Part shown: positions 30,543 through 39,710 of the stretch, in pieces
Layout of the letters: each line of letters starts with the position of its first letter
Position numbering within the stretch: position 1 is the first letter of the stretch
Source of the DNA: Bacilli bacterium
Lineage (GTDB): Bacteria > Bacillota_I > Bacilli_A > RF39 > UBA660
Assembly: GCA_017887425.1 (NCBI GenBank)
Contig: JAGHHZ010000017.1
Span: 2,269-66,268 of the forward strand
Direction: 5' to 3'
Length of the DNA: 64,000 nt
Notes under the pieces: model-generated
Database searches by the model: none
What the model was told of the DNA's origin: nothing
Seen by the model: the letters and a program-made list of their open reading frames with translations, nothing else
Program-made: the position numbers and the translations under genes

Positions 30543-30829
30543 TCTATCACCTTCGGAACTATAATATAATCACCTTTAACTCTTTTTGCATTTTTAAACA
30601 TATCTTCTTTAGGTAAATGTTGTTCTATTTTATCTTCATCAAAAACATTTTGATTAGTACTTGGACTAATCATTATTTCTTCTTCTTTGATATCAACTTT
30701 TAATATTTTATCAATTTCACTTAAAATAGCCGTTAACTGAATTTGATATTTCGCCATCTCTTCATCTTTAATATTTAATTTAGCTAAATCAGCAATATGT
30801 TTTACTTTATCTTCTTTAATCATTTTCAT
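30539..30829 (-). CDS. gatC: Asp/Glu-tRNA amidotransferase subunit C
   Basis: 96 aa, sequence VKHIADLAKLNI...; positioned upstream of gatA with a 4-nt overlap. Confidence 0.9.
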   Translation of the reverse strand: MKMIKEDKVKHIADLAKLNIKDEEMAKYQIQLTAILSEIDKILKVDIKEEEIMISPSTNQNVFDEDKIEQHLPKEDMFKNAKRVKGDYIIVPKVIE

Positions 30830-31797
30830 TCCTCCAATATATATGTATCAATTTTAGTTTCACCACTATTTTTACTTAAAAATGCTTTGGTTACATTGTT
30901 ACTTTTAAAATAGACTTTTATATCGACAATACTATCAAAAGTATTAAGATTACTAGTAATAATGTTAACCATATTTAATATTTCTGATCTTTTAAAATAA
31001 CTTTTATTTATAGTCATCTTTATTTCATTTAATGTTTTATTTTGATATAATCCATAAGCATTAAGATAAACATCATAATCACTTAAACTATTTTTAATAG
31101 CTATAAAATTATTATAAGTTTTATTATCGTTATTCATAACGTAATCACTTTCTAATAATTGATAATTATAATTAACATGTTCTAATTTTATCGTATTACT
31201 ATCAGTAACACCGAAATATTTAAAACTTCCTTTTAAATCTTCTTCTAAATAAATACCTAAAACAATATTAATATTTTCTAAGCCTTCTTTACCTCGAATA
31301 TAACTAATTAAATCATTAGCTTTTTCTTTAGTATAGTTTAAAGCAATGTTCTTATCAACTATCTTATATTTATTATCTTCATAATACTGTTTATTGTCGA
31401 CAACAATTGCTAAAGATATGCCTTTTAAAACATTGTTGGTCGCCAAATAATTTTGCTCGTAGATTGTCGTTATATAAGAAGGCGTAAATTCTACACCATC
31501 AACTTTAATATCGTCGGTTTTATTATATTCAGTTATTAAAGTTTTAATTTCCTCAGTAGTTAAATACTGCCCTTCTTGATATAAAGAATTGTTAGTTTTA
31601 AAGTATTCAGTCGATAATTTAGAAAGCATTGCTTCAACTTCTTCCTTATTATAATCTCTAATACTATAACTACCAACATTTTCTTTATAAGGCGTTGCTA
31701 CTCGATAATATGAATCGTCATAACTTATCTCAATAACATTTTCCTGTTTTTCACACCCTACTAAAAGAACTAATAGTATCAATAATACTTTCTTCAT
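30826..31797 (-). CDS. camS: CamS-family lipoprotein
   Basis: Lipobox LLVGC. Its size and its position immediately upstream of gatC match the Bacillus yerH/camS arrangement. Confidence 0.6.
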   Translation of the reverse strand: MKKVLLILLVLLVGCEKQENVIEISYDDSYYRVATPYKENVGSYSIRDYNKEEVEAMLSKLSTEYFKTNNSLYQEGQYLTTEEIKTLITEYNKTDDIKVDGVEFTPSYITTIYEQNYLATNNVLKGISLAIVVDNKQYYEDNKYKIVDKNIALNYTKEKANDLISYIRGKEGLENINIVLGIYLEEDLKGSFKYFGVTDSNTIKLEHVNYNYQLLESDYVMNNDNKTYNNFIAIKNSLSDYDVYLNAYGLYQNKTLNEIKMTINKSYFKRSEILNMVNIITSNLNTFDSIVDIKVYFKSNNVTKAFLSKNSGETKIDTYILEE

Positions 31798-31861
31798 AAA
31801 ACATCACTACTTAATTATACCATAATCTAACTTAATTTATGGCATAATGTCATTATTTTAA

Positions 31862-31887
31862 AGAAAAAAACTATCGATTTGATAGTT
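31862..31887 (-). terminator. Rho-independent terminator
   Basis: The minus strand reads AACTATC-AAAT-GATAGTT followed by T7. Overlaps the stop codon. Confidence 0.5.
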
Positions 31888-32545
31888 AAAGCGTAAAACG
31901 CATAATCTTTTCTTTTTCATCATTGAAATAATTTTCAATCGATAATGTAAAATCAAAACTATCAGTTGGCTCTTCTTTTTCGTTATACTTAACTTTTAAA
32001 GCTACATGTTTTAAAGAATTAGCTAATCTTTTAAAATTAGCAACATTTAGTTTTTTATCTCTTTCTAAATTTGCCTTCTTAGTAAATAGTTTATCTTCAT
32101 TTTTCTTTTGAACTTTTTTATTGATTACAAGGGATACAGCACCAACGGCATCTACTGCTAAAATTAAACCAATGAAAGGTAAAAATTGAAAACCAGTAAT
32201 AAAAGGAATAGCAGATAAGTTTCCTAGAAAAGTTAATAGACCAATTCCTACATTACGTCTAGCATAAGCATCAGTATTTTCTATTTGCTCATGATAAACA
32301 CCTTTTATACTAGCATCTAAACGTTGATTCTTTTCTTTTAATTCGTGTTCTAAATAAGATTGTAATCCTTGTAAGTCTCTTAAAAGTTCATATTTATCAT
32401 CATAATAAACTACTGCAAAGTCATTTGGCTCACCCTTAAAATTTATCCCAAGTAGTTTTTGCGTGTTATCAACACTAAATGAGTCAATGTTTTTTAAATC
32501 AACTCTTTCAACTGATGTTTTTAATTTTTCCGGAATACTATACAT
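31886..32545 (-). CDS. Hypothetical membrane protein (central TM hairpin)
   Basis: The likely start is the ATG at 32545 (MYSIPEKLK), behind GGTGGTGA. The upstream 18 codons of the track ORF cover the SD. Confidence 0.5.
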   Translation of the reverse strand: MYSIPEKLKTSVERVDLKNIDSFSVDNTQKLLGINFKGEPNDFAVVYYDDKYELLRDLQGLQSYLEHELKEKNQRLDASIKGVYHEQIENTDAYARRNVGIGLLTFLGNLSAIPFITGFQFLPFIGLILAVDAVGAVSLVINKKVQKKNEDKLFTKKANLERDKKLNVANFKRLANSLKHVALKVKYNEKEEPTDSFDFTLSIENYFNDEKEKIMRFTL

Positions 32546-32609
32546 ACTATCACCACCCCAATAAGGTAATATTATAACATAAATAATTATTAGGGGCAAT
32601 TATTTTTGC

Positions 32610-33368
32610 TTAATTTTCCATAACTTTACTTATTTCGTCAATACTAAACCCGCGATTATATAATTTAGTTTTAATTCTTCTTTCTAGTTCTTTATCTTTA
32701 TACTTTACACTTAATTTTTTATATAATTTATTATATTCATTTTTTATATTTTCGGTATTATCGACACTAACATTATCATATAGTTCTAATATTTGATCTT
32801 TATCATATCCTAAATTTATTAATTCATTAACCACTTTAAACTTTAATTTATAACCTGTATATTTAGAGTTCTTAACCTTTTTATTAATTAATTTTTTTAA
32901 CTTTTCTTTAATTAAATCAGTATCTACTTTTGCTAGTTCAGAATCTATCAAATCACTTGGAATATTATGATTTAATAATTCACTTCTTAATTTATCTAAA
33001 CCAACATTAGATAAATTAACTTTATCAGCTATATAAGCTCTTGTGAAATTAACATCATTAACCAAATTAATTTCTTTTAATTTCTTTATTAATTTTTCTT
33101 TATCTTTTTCAGTCACTTTATTTTTATCAATATATTCATTTATTTCTTTTTCACTTCTTAATCTTTTGGTTATATAATTAACTGTCTTATAATAAATTTC
33201 ATAATAATTATTATCATTATTTATTTTATTTAATAAATCAATATCGATAGTTTTGTGATATAACAAGCCATAATTTAAAATAACATCATCATATGTTTTC
33301 ATTTCACTACCATCACTTAATAATATTTTATATTTTTTTCCTGTTTTCTTTATTTTTTCTATTTTCAT
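32610..33368 (-). CDS. recX: RecX-family regulatory protein
   Basis: The N-terminus MKIEKIKKTGKKYKILLSDGSE and repeated three-helix units are typical of Gram-positive RecX. Confidence 0.7.
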   Translation of the reverse strand: MKIEKIKKTGKKYKILLSDGSEMKTYDDVILNYGLLYHKTIDIDLLNKINNDNNYYEIYYKTVNYITKRLRSEKEINEYIDKNKVTEKDKEKLIKKLKEINLVNDVNFTRAYIADKVNLSNVGLDKLRSELLNHNIPSDLIDSELAKVDTDLIKEKLKKLINKKVKNSKYTGYKLKFKVVNELINLGYDKDQILELYDNVSVDNTENIKNEYNKLYKKLSVKYKDKELERRIKTKLYNRGFSIDEISKVMEN

Positions 33369-33512
33369 AATAAACCTTTCTAACCTCAACTATTTAAAGT
33401 GTATCACTATAAACATTTGTTTGTCAAGAAAATTATTAATTATCAAATACAAATGTCACAATAATCAAAAAAATATTAAGAATTTAAACTTAATATTTTT
33501 AAGCTAGTTTAT

Positions 33513-35654
33513 TTAAAACTCTATAGAGTATAAACGATAATGACTTGAACCAGTTATATAAATTTGATTTCCATCAATATAATGACCACTTTCGTTCCCA
33601 GTCCATCCTATTGGTTTACCATTCTCAATTAAAAAGATTTCACTTTCAACATCAGTATTAACCGAACCAGATGTTTTTAAAATAAAATAAATTTTATTGC
33701 TGTCTATATCAAAAGTTCCATAATCTCCAATATAATTAATACTATTTATTTTTTTGCTTTCACCATTAAAATTAATCACAAATAATCTATTAGCACACAT
33801 TTTACCTTGGATAAGTATAATTTTACCATTCAAATATGAAGCTGTCGATATTTTGCCAGCAGTCCCATTGCCAAACTCCTCAGTATCAGAATCAACAACT
33901 GTAGCAGTTTTAGGTTCCGATGGAGTATCACCAAAATATATTATCATATATGTTTTAGTACTATCTACATCAAAAGTTCCGTCATATCCAAGATATTCTA
34001 TACTTAAAATTGTTTGTTTCATATTTACTGTTATTTGTTTAGTCGAAGTGACTTTTTTTCCGTTACCACCCGTTGCAGTACAACTTAATGTTTGTGCTCC
34101 TGCACTTAAAACACTTGTATTAGTTGGACTACAACTTAAACTTCCGCCACTTATTCCATAACTTACCGTAAAGTAATTACTTACTACATTACTCTCACCT
34201 TCTGTTATTTCGACATTACTGCTTTTTGCCACTAATGTTGGAGCATTCTTATCAACTTTTATTGCATAATTTCTACTTGCTGAGTTTCCAGCTAAATCTG
34301 TTGTTGTGATTGTAATAATAGTTCCACTAGTATTACTTGTTATACTTGATACACTGCTTGTTGTACTAGAGTGACCTGATAATACATCACTTCCATTTGC
34401 TTTGTTTACTGTGACATCACTTGTGTACCAATTGTTGCTTCCTAATGTTCCTGTGAATGTAGCTGTTCCTACTACTGGAGCTGTCTTGTCTAACTTATAT
34501 GTATCACTACATACTTTGATAGTTTTATTATTGTTATCTGTTACTTGAACACATACACGATTATTTCCTTCTGTTGATATTAAAGAATCTTTTGTTGTTC
34601 CGCTAAATGTCGCTATTGGCGTACATTCTCCACTTGTATTTGTTACACAACTACTTGCACTTTTAATTCCTGTTCCACTGTTATCTGTTATGCTTGCTTT
34701 TACATAAAAATCTTTATTCGCCCAACCATTAGTATTTATTACATTACTATCCGCTAAACTAAATACTATTGTTGGTGCTTCTGCATCTACAATAATATTT
34801 CTTACCACTTCTCTTACATTTCCTGCTTTATCTGCAACACGATATGTTGCTTGTTTCGTTCCTATCACTGATGTATCTACACTACTTGGTGTTATTGTTA
34901 GCGTACCATCTAATCCTGATAATGAATCATTATATGTTACTCCATTTGTTAAATCTACTGTTACATCTTTATTTACAATTAGATCTTCTACTCCTTCTAT
35001 ATTTGGTGCAGTCTTATCTAATTTAATATTTATACATTCTTTATTTGTTGTTCCTAGTGTATTACTTGCTATTGCACATATATAAGTTGTTCCTTCATTA
35101 GTTATAAATTTGGTATTGACTCCGTTTTCTACTATTTCATTAGGTTCACAAGCACTTGTTCCCATACAGTATTTTATATTGCCATTACCTTCTAAAGTAA
35201 CCGCGACATTTTCTTTCGCCCAGCCATTGCTATTTACCAAACTTTCATTATAAACAATATTAATAGTTGGATCTGTTTCTACAAGTTCACATTCACTATC
35301 ATATTCAAATATATATTGTTTATGTCCTTCATCCCAATAATACCATACACAGCCAGTCATATCTGATTCATCTATAGGATTTTTGATATCAAGAGATAAA
35401 AAACCTTCATTTTGTAGTTCACTTATATACAATGGTCGTTTTACTGTTTCATATCCTAAATTATTGGATGTACCATAATTTCTAGCAGCAGTAATAATAT
35501 TTTCTACCGTCCTTTTATAAGCTTCTTCACGACTATTTTTTATTGCATTATCGATTATTGGTATTGTTATTAATGATATTATAGCTAATATGATTAATAC
35601 TCCTAATAATTCTACTAAGGTAAAGGCATTATTCGATAAATGCCCCCCCCCCAT
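33513..35654 (-). CDS. Modular type IV pilin-like protein (prepilin N-terminus, DUF5011/Ig-like repeats, duplicated C-terminal module); 5' end ambiguous because of the G10 tract
   Basis: Class III signal-like ...NNA/FTLVELLGVLIILAIISLITIPII. Three DKTAP/DKNAP-bounded Ig-like units, one of which reads GVTYNDSLSGLDGTLTITPSSVDTSVIGTKQATYRVADKAGNV. The C-terminal repeat is IEYLGYDGTFDVDSTKTYMI / INYIGDYGTFDIDSNKIYFI. The ATG used by the track has no SD. Confidence 0.75.
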   Translation of the reverse strand: MGGGHLSNNAFTLVELLGVLIILAIISLITIPIIDNAIKNSREEAYKRTVENIITAARNYGTSNNLGYETVKRPLYISELQNEGFLSLDIKNPIDESDMTGCVWYYWDEGHKQYIFEYDSECELVETDPTINIVYNESLVNSNGWAKENVAVTLEGNGNIKYCMGTSACEPNEIVENGVNTKFITNEGTTYICAIASNTLGTTNKECINIKLDKTAPNIEGVEDLIVNKDVTVDLTNGVTYNDSLSGLDGTLTITPSSVDTSVIGTKQATYRVADKAGNVREVVRNIIVDAEAPTIVFSLADSNVINTNGWANKDFYVKASITDNSGTGIKSASSCVTNTSGECTPIATFSGTTKDSLISTEGNNRVCVQVTDNNNKTIKVCSDTYKLDKTAPVVGTATFTGTLGSNNWYTSDVTVNKANGSDVLSGHSSTTSSVSSITSNTSGTIITITTTDLAGNSASRNYAIKVDKNAPTLVAKSSNVEITEGESNVVSNYFTVSYGISGGSLSCSPTNTSVLSAGAQTLSCTATGGNGKKVTSTKQITVNMKQTILSIEYLGYDGTFDVDSTKTYMIIYFGDTPSEPKTATVVDSDTEEFGNGTAGKISTASYLNGKIILIQGKMCANRLFVINFNGESKKINSINYIGDYGTFDIDSNKIYFILKTSGSVNTDVESEIFLIENGKPIGWTGNESGHYIDGNQIYITGSSHYRLYSIEF
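35643..35652 (-). repeat. G10 homopolymer (C10 on the plus strand) in the pilin leader-coding region
   Basis: Read directly from the sequence. It is the only G/C run of 8 nt or longer that I found in the window. Confidence 0.95.
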
Positions 35655-35791
35655 TTTTGCTATTTGCTACTCTTTTCATATATTAACATCTCCTCTTTAT
35701 TTATTATGGATTTATTACCATTCTATATACATTCTATCTTAATTTAAGCTATCAAAATAATTATACGCAATAATTTATTTACAAAAGCAAT

Positions 35792-35816
35792 AAAAAAAGA
35801 TATATTTCTATATCTT
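35792..35816 (-). terminator. Rho-independent terminator after efp
   Basis: The minus strand reads AAGATATA-GAAA-TATATCTT followed by T7. Overlaps the efp TAA. Confidence 0.6.
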
Positions 35817-36372
35817 AAGCTCTTGAATCATATTTGCCAGTACTTGTTGAAATAATAACAACATCATCAGTATCAACAAATAAAGGAACTCTTACTACTA
35901 AGCCAGTCTCCAAAGTAGCATCTTTAGTAGCATTATTAGTAGTATTACCTTTAACGGCAGGTTCGGTATGAGTAACTTTTAACTCAACTTTATCAGATAA
36001 CATTACTCCCAATAATTCACCTTGATAAAAACTTAAATCAACATTTAATCCTTCTTTTAAATAATTAACTTCTTCACCTAATTGTTCTTTAGTTAATTCG
36101 ATTTGTTCATAAGTTTCCATATTCATAAAGTTATAACTATCGCCAGATGCATATAAAAATTGCATTGGTTTTTTCTCAATCATAGCTTTTTCTAATTTAG
36201 TACCACTATTAAAAGATTTTTCAGTTGTTGAACCACTTCTTAAATTTCTAATTTTCATTTTAACAAAAGCAGCACCTTTACCTGGTTTAACATGAGAAAA
36301 TTCTAATACTTGATAAATATCACCGTCTAAAACGAAAGTAATACCATTTTTAATATCATTAACATTAATCAT
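35815..36372 (-). CDS. efp: Elongation factor P
   Basis: MINVNDIKNGITFVLDGDIYQVLEFSHVKPGKGAAFV... Start at 36372, behind AAGGGGGG. Confidence 0.95.
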   Translation of the reverse strand: MINVNDIKNGITFVLDGDIYQVLEFSHVKPGKGAAFVKMKIRNLRSGSTTEKSFNSGTKLEKAMIEKKPMQFLYASGDSYNFMNMETYEQIELTKEQLGEEVNYLKEGLNVDLSFYQGELLGVMLSDKVELKVTHTEPAVKGNTTNNATKDATLETGLVVRVPLFVDTDDVVIISTSTGKYDSRA

Positions 36373-36520
36373 GATTTCCCCCCTTATATAATTTAACAAA
36401 AGTTTTAGGTTTAGTATTTGATTTGCCATTATCTGATTTTTTAAGCTTTACTCTTCTTGATAAATGGGAATCCATAACTATTTTAAGTTTTGTTAAATCG
36501 ACATTGAAATTTTTAATCAT
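36365..36520 (-). CDS. Possible small basic ORF (51 aa) between rpmG and efp
   Basis: AGGTGA SD 4 nt upstream of the ATG. The ORF ends 8 nt inside efp. No recognisable family; it may not be real. Confidence 0.2.
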   Translation of the reverse strand: MIKNFNVDLTKLKIVMDSHLSRRVKLKKSDNGKSNTKPKTFVKLYKGGNHD

Positions 36521-36529
36521 TTTATCACC

Positions 36530-36697
36530 TTATTTTTTTTCTTTATGAGTTGTTGTTTTTTTACAAGTTGGACAATGTTTTTTTAATTCTAAACGATCAG
36601 TTGTATTACGTTTATTTTTTTCAGTACGATAATTTTCACTTTTACATTCTGTACATTGAAGAGTTATTCTTTCTCTTGCTTCACCTTTTTTAGCCAT
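36530..36697 (-). CDS. rpmG: 50S ribosomal protein L33
   Basis: Below the track cutoff. The rc reads [55 protein letters not shown], with two CxxC pairs. Confidence 0.9.
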   Translation of the reverse strand: MAKKGEARERITLQCTECKSENYRTEKNKRNTTDRLELKKHCPTCKKTTTHKEKK

Positions 36698-36739
36698 TTT
36701 AATCCCTCCTTCTTAAAACACTTATATAATTATACCAAA

Positions 36740-38806
36740 TTATTTATATATTTCAAAGTATTTTTGTGAAATTCGATTAGAAATTATGCGATTTATAGGT
36801 GCTCGAGAGGTTGAAGTGTCATGATAATAGATGTCAGGAGAAACAATTATAAAGGATACTTCCGGATCATCATAAGGAGCATACGCCCCAAATGTATTAC
36901 TCATAGTCTCAGTATCTACTACTCCATCGCCATCAGTATCGATAAAACTTTCACTAGTTCCTGTTTTAGCGGCCGGATTATATTTACTGTTGACATAACC
37001 ATTAGCAATACCACTAACTACACCTTCTCTAAAACCTAATTTGATTCGCTCTAAATATTTCGCTTCTAAAGTTATTTTATTTAAAATAGTCGGTTCTACT
37101 TCATATAACAAATCAGTTAATCCATCTTTAGTTGGATTATAAACTGCTTTTAATAAATGTGGTTCAATTCTATATCCTCCATTAGCAATTGTATTAATAT
37201 ATTGACTCAATTGAATCGGCGTATATGTATCAAACTGGCCGATTGAAAAATCTAATAAATGTCCTGCTAAAGTACTATCGCTAGTATATCCTAAACTTTC
37301 AATAGGTAAGTCAATTCCTGTTTTAACTCCTAATCCAAACTCTTTAAAAGTATCACGATAAATATCAAATGCTTTTGGGTCGATATTCAATTCTTCATTA
37401 TAACGATATACTCCACCACCAACTTTAATAGCAGTATGAAATTGAAAAACGTTAGATGAATATTTTAAAGCACCTATGTCATCAACTGAACCTAAGGTTG
37501 TCCAAGAACATTTAAGTGGTGTATTAGCAATTTTAATACAACTATCATCTCTTCTTTCACCAATTTTTAAAGCACCGGTTTTATAGCCAACAGCATGAGA
37601 TGCACCCTTAACAATTGAACCAGCTGTAACTGGTGTTGTGACAATACCAGGAGTATAATCATACACTTTATATTTTCCATCTTCCTCAACTACTTGTTTT
37701 CCTGCCATAGCTAAAATCTCGCCGGTATTAGGATCACTAATAATTGCAAACGAACGATTATAATATTTTGTATTAGGATAACTTTTACCATTAACTACTT
37801 CTTCAGCTAATATTTCTTCGATTGCTTTTTGTAATTCAATATCGATAGTTAAAACAATATCTTTACCACGACTTCCCTCATCGATAATTTTTCTTGTTCC
37901 ATCGTCTAATATTTGATAAACTGTTTTTTCTCCTTTTAAAAGTGATTCATATTGATACTCTAAATAACTAGTCCCAACGCGATCATTTAATTCATATCCC
38001 AAATCCAAATAATAATCCTTTAATTCGTAAGGTATCCCACTTTCACTAGTTGAAACAGTACCTAAAATCGTTCTAAAAACATCGCCATAAGGATAAACTC
38101 TTTCCCAATCTAGTCTAACATCAAATCCTTTAATATTATTAACATTTTCCGCAATCAAAGCATATTCTTTATCCGTCACATCTTCTTTTTTAATTACTTT
38201 TTCATCAAAACTATAGCCAACATTCATCAAATAATAAATATAAGCAGCTAATCGATCTGTTTTATTGAAACTATCCAATTCTTCTTCGGTAACTCGTTTT
38301 ATTTTTAAATCTTCGATATCAGCACTAGTCAATTTACGTTCATCTAATAATTGCCATTCTTCTTCCGTTATTTTTTCTTTAGCTAATTCACTATTGTTTA
38401 AAACCCAAAATTTTTTCAAATCATCTTCATCTAATTTTTTATAGTCTAAACTAATCATTTCTGCTACTTTATAAGCAACTTGAATTTCTTCTTTAGTTGT
38501 AACACCACTAGGTTTTTTATAATAAATTACTTTAACCGCTTTATTATCGACAATTACTCTACCATAACGGTCGTAAATCCTCCCACGTGGCGTACTTGTA
38601 GAAGTAACAATATTTTGACTCAATTGTTCAACTTTACTAACATATAATTCATGATCAATAACTTGGACAATAAATAAATTTACCGCTAGAACAATCATTA
38701 TTACCAAAATTAACCCAATTAAAATATTATATCTTTTTTCAACTATTTCTTTTATATCTTTATTTTTACTAGTACTTACATTATATATTTTTTTGTATTT
38801 CTTCAT
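36740..38806 (-). CDS. Penicillin-binding protein 2 (class B transpeptidase)
   Basis: N-terminal TM segment, dimerisation domain, and transpeptidase motifs (SIVKGA in the SxxK position, SSN, KTGT). Confidence 0.9.
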   Translation of the reverse strand: MKKYKKIYNVSTSKNKDIKEIVEKRYNILIGLILVIMIVLAVNLFIVQVIDHELYVSKVEQLSQNIVTSTSTPRGRIYDRYGRVIVDNKAVKVIYYKKPSGVTTKEEIQVAYKVAEMISLDYKKLDEDDLKKFWVLNNSELAKEKITEEEWQLLDERKLTSADIEDLKIKRVTEEELDSFNKTDRLAAYIYYLMNVGYSFDEKVIKKEDVTDKEYALIAENVNNIKGFDVRLDWERVYPYGDVFRTILGTVSTSESGIPYELKDYYLDLGYELNDRVGTSYLEYQYESLLKGEKTVYQILDDGTRKIIDEGSRGKDIVLTIDIELQKAIEEILAEEVVNGKSYPNTKYYNRSFAIISDPNTGEILAMAGKQVVEEDGKYKVYDYTPGIVTTPVTAGSIVKGASHAVGYKTGALKIGERRDDSCIKIANTPLKCSWTTLGSVDDIGALKYSSNVFQFHTAIKVGGGVYRYNEELNIDPKAFDIYRDTFKEFGLGVKTGIDLPIESLGYTSDSTLAGHLLDFSIGQFDTYTPIQLSQYINTIANGGYRIEPHLLKAVYNPTKDGLTDLLYEVEPTILNKITLEAKYLERIKLGFREGVVSGIANGYVNSKYNPAAKTGTSESFIDTDGDGVVDTETMSNTFGAYAPYDDPEVSFIIVSPDIYYHDTSTSRAPINRIISNRISQKYFEIYK

Positions 38807-39380
38807 AAATTTTACTTACTTTACTAAAATCAATAATTGAAAAAAAATTATTTATATAATCTTTACGATCATTTTGATAATCTAAATAATAAGCATGTTC
38901 CCATAAATCTAAATTCATAATAGGAATCAAATCATAAGAAATTGGTGTATCTTGATTAGCAACATTGATGATTTCTAAATTATTATCTTTGTTTAAAACT
39001 AAAAAAGTATAACCTGAACCAATCAATAAATTAGCTTGTTTAATAAACTCTTTTTTGAAATCATCAAACGATCCAAAATCTTCATCAATTTTATTTTTTA
39101 ATTCTTCACTCATTTGTCCATAACCTAAATTATTAAAAAACAATTCATGATTTAATACCCCACCTAAATTAAATAAAATATTATCTCGCTCTTCTATGGG
39201 AAATATATCGATGTTTTTAACTAATTCTTCTTTTGAATATTCATAATTATATTTACTTAATAAATTATTTAAATTATCTAAATATTTTTTATAATGTTTA
39301 TTGTAATGAATATTCATCGTATAACTACTAATATATGGCTCGTAAGCATCATAATTAGTTATTACAATACTAGAAAACAT
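38781..39380 (-). CDS. sodA: Fe/Mn superoxide dismutase (divergent)
   Basis: Metal-ligand positions are retained (IHYNKHY, LNHELFF, DLWEHAYY). Several usually conserved His/Trp residues are replaced by Tyr/Phe. Confidence 0.8.
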   Translation of the reverse strand: MFSSIVITNYDAYEPYISSYTMNIHYNKHYKKYLDNLNNLLSKYNYEYSKEELVKNIDIFPIEERDNILFNLGGVLNHELFFNNLGYGQMSEELKNKIDEDFGSFDDFKKEFIKQANLLIGSGYTFLVLNKDNNLEIINVANQDTPISYDLIPIMNLDLWEHAYYLDYQNDRKDYINNFFSIIDFSKVSKIYEEIQKNI

Positions 39381-39455
39381 AATTATCCCTCCTTTAATAT
39401 TTTATTTAATTTTCATAACTTTATTCTTTTATTCATATATTATATTGGTGATTAT

Positions 39456-39710
39456 ATGAAAGAAAAATTAATTAGTGAATACATCAATCGAATGACTTTA
39501 GATGATGTTAATAATTTTGCTATTAAAAATGGTATTGTTTTAAAAGAAGATGAAGTAAAACTAATATACAATCATATTAAATCTAATTGGCATACTATCG
39601 TTTTTGGTAATCCAAGAGGTATTTTAGATGATTTAAAAAGTAAATTAGATAGTACTAGTTATCAAAAAATAGAAACTTTATATGTTTATTTTAAAAACCG
39701 TTATTTATAA
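39456..39710 (+). CDS. DUF2624 (YqfT-like) small protein
   Basis: The ATG at 39456 lies behind GGTGA. The upstream part of track ORF 39294-39710 is antisense to sodA. It sits next to nfo, as yqfT does next to yqfS in B. subtilis. Confidence 0.55.
   Translation: MKEKLISEYINRMTLDDVNNFAIKNGIVLKEDEVKLIYNHIKSNWHTIVFGNPRGILDDLKSKLDSTSYQKIETLYVYFKNRYL

Noticed and set aside
36365-36520. The small ORF between rpmG and efp as SecE, since rpmG-secE-nusG is a common arrangement.
   Set aside because: The 51-aa product is highly basic with no hydrophobic helix, so it cannot be SecE. It is kept only as a low-confidence ORF.
38781-39380. The superoxide dismutase as a possible inactive pseudo-enzyme, because of His-to-Tyr and Trp-to-Phe/Tyr substitutions in conserved blocks.
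   Set aside because: By manual alignment, the four metal ligands (His in IHY, His in NHE, and Asp and His in DLWEH) and the gateway Tyr are retained. The substitutions are consistent with AT-driven drift, so I treat it as a divergent but probably active SOD.
39294-39455. The 5' extension of track ORF 39294-39710 (138 aa).
   Set aside because: The first 54 codons are antisense to the sodA 5' end and promoter region and have odd composition. A GGTGA SD precedes the internal ATG at 39456, which yields an 84-aa DUF2624-like protein.
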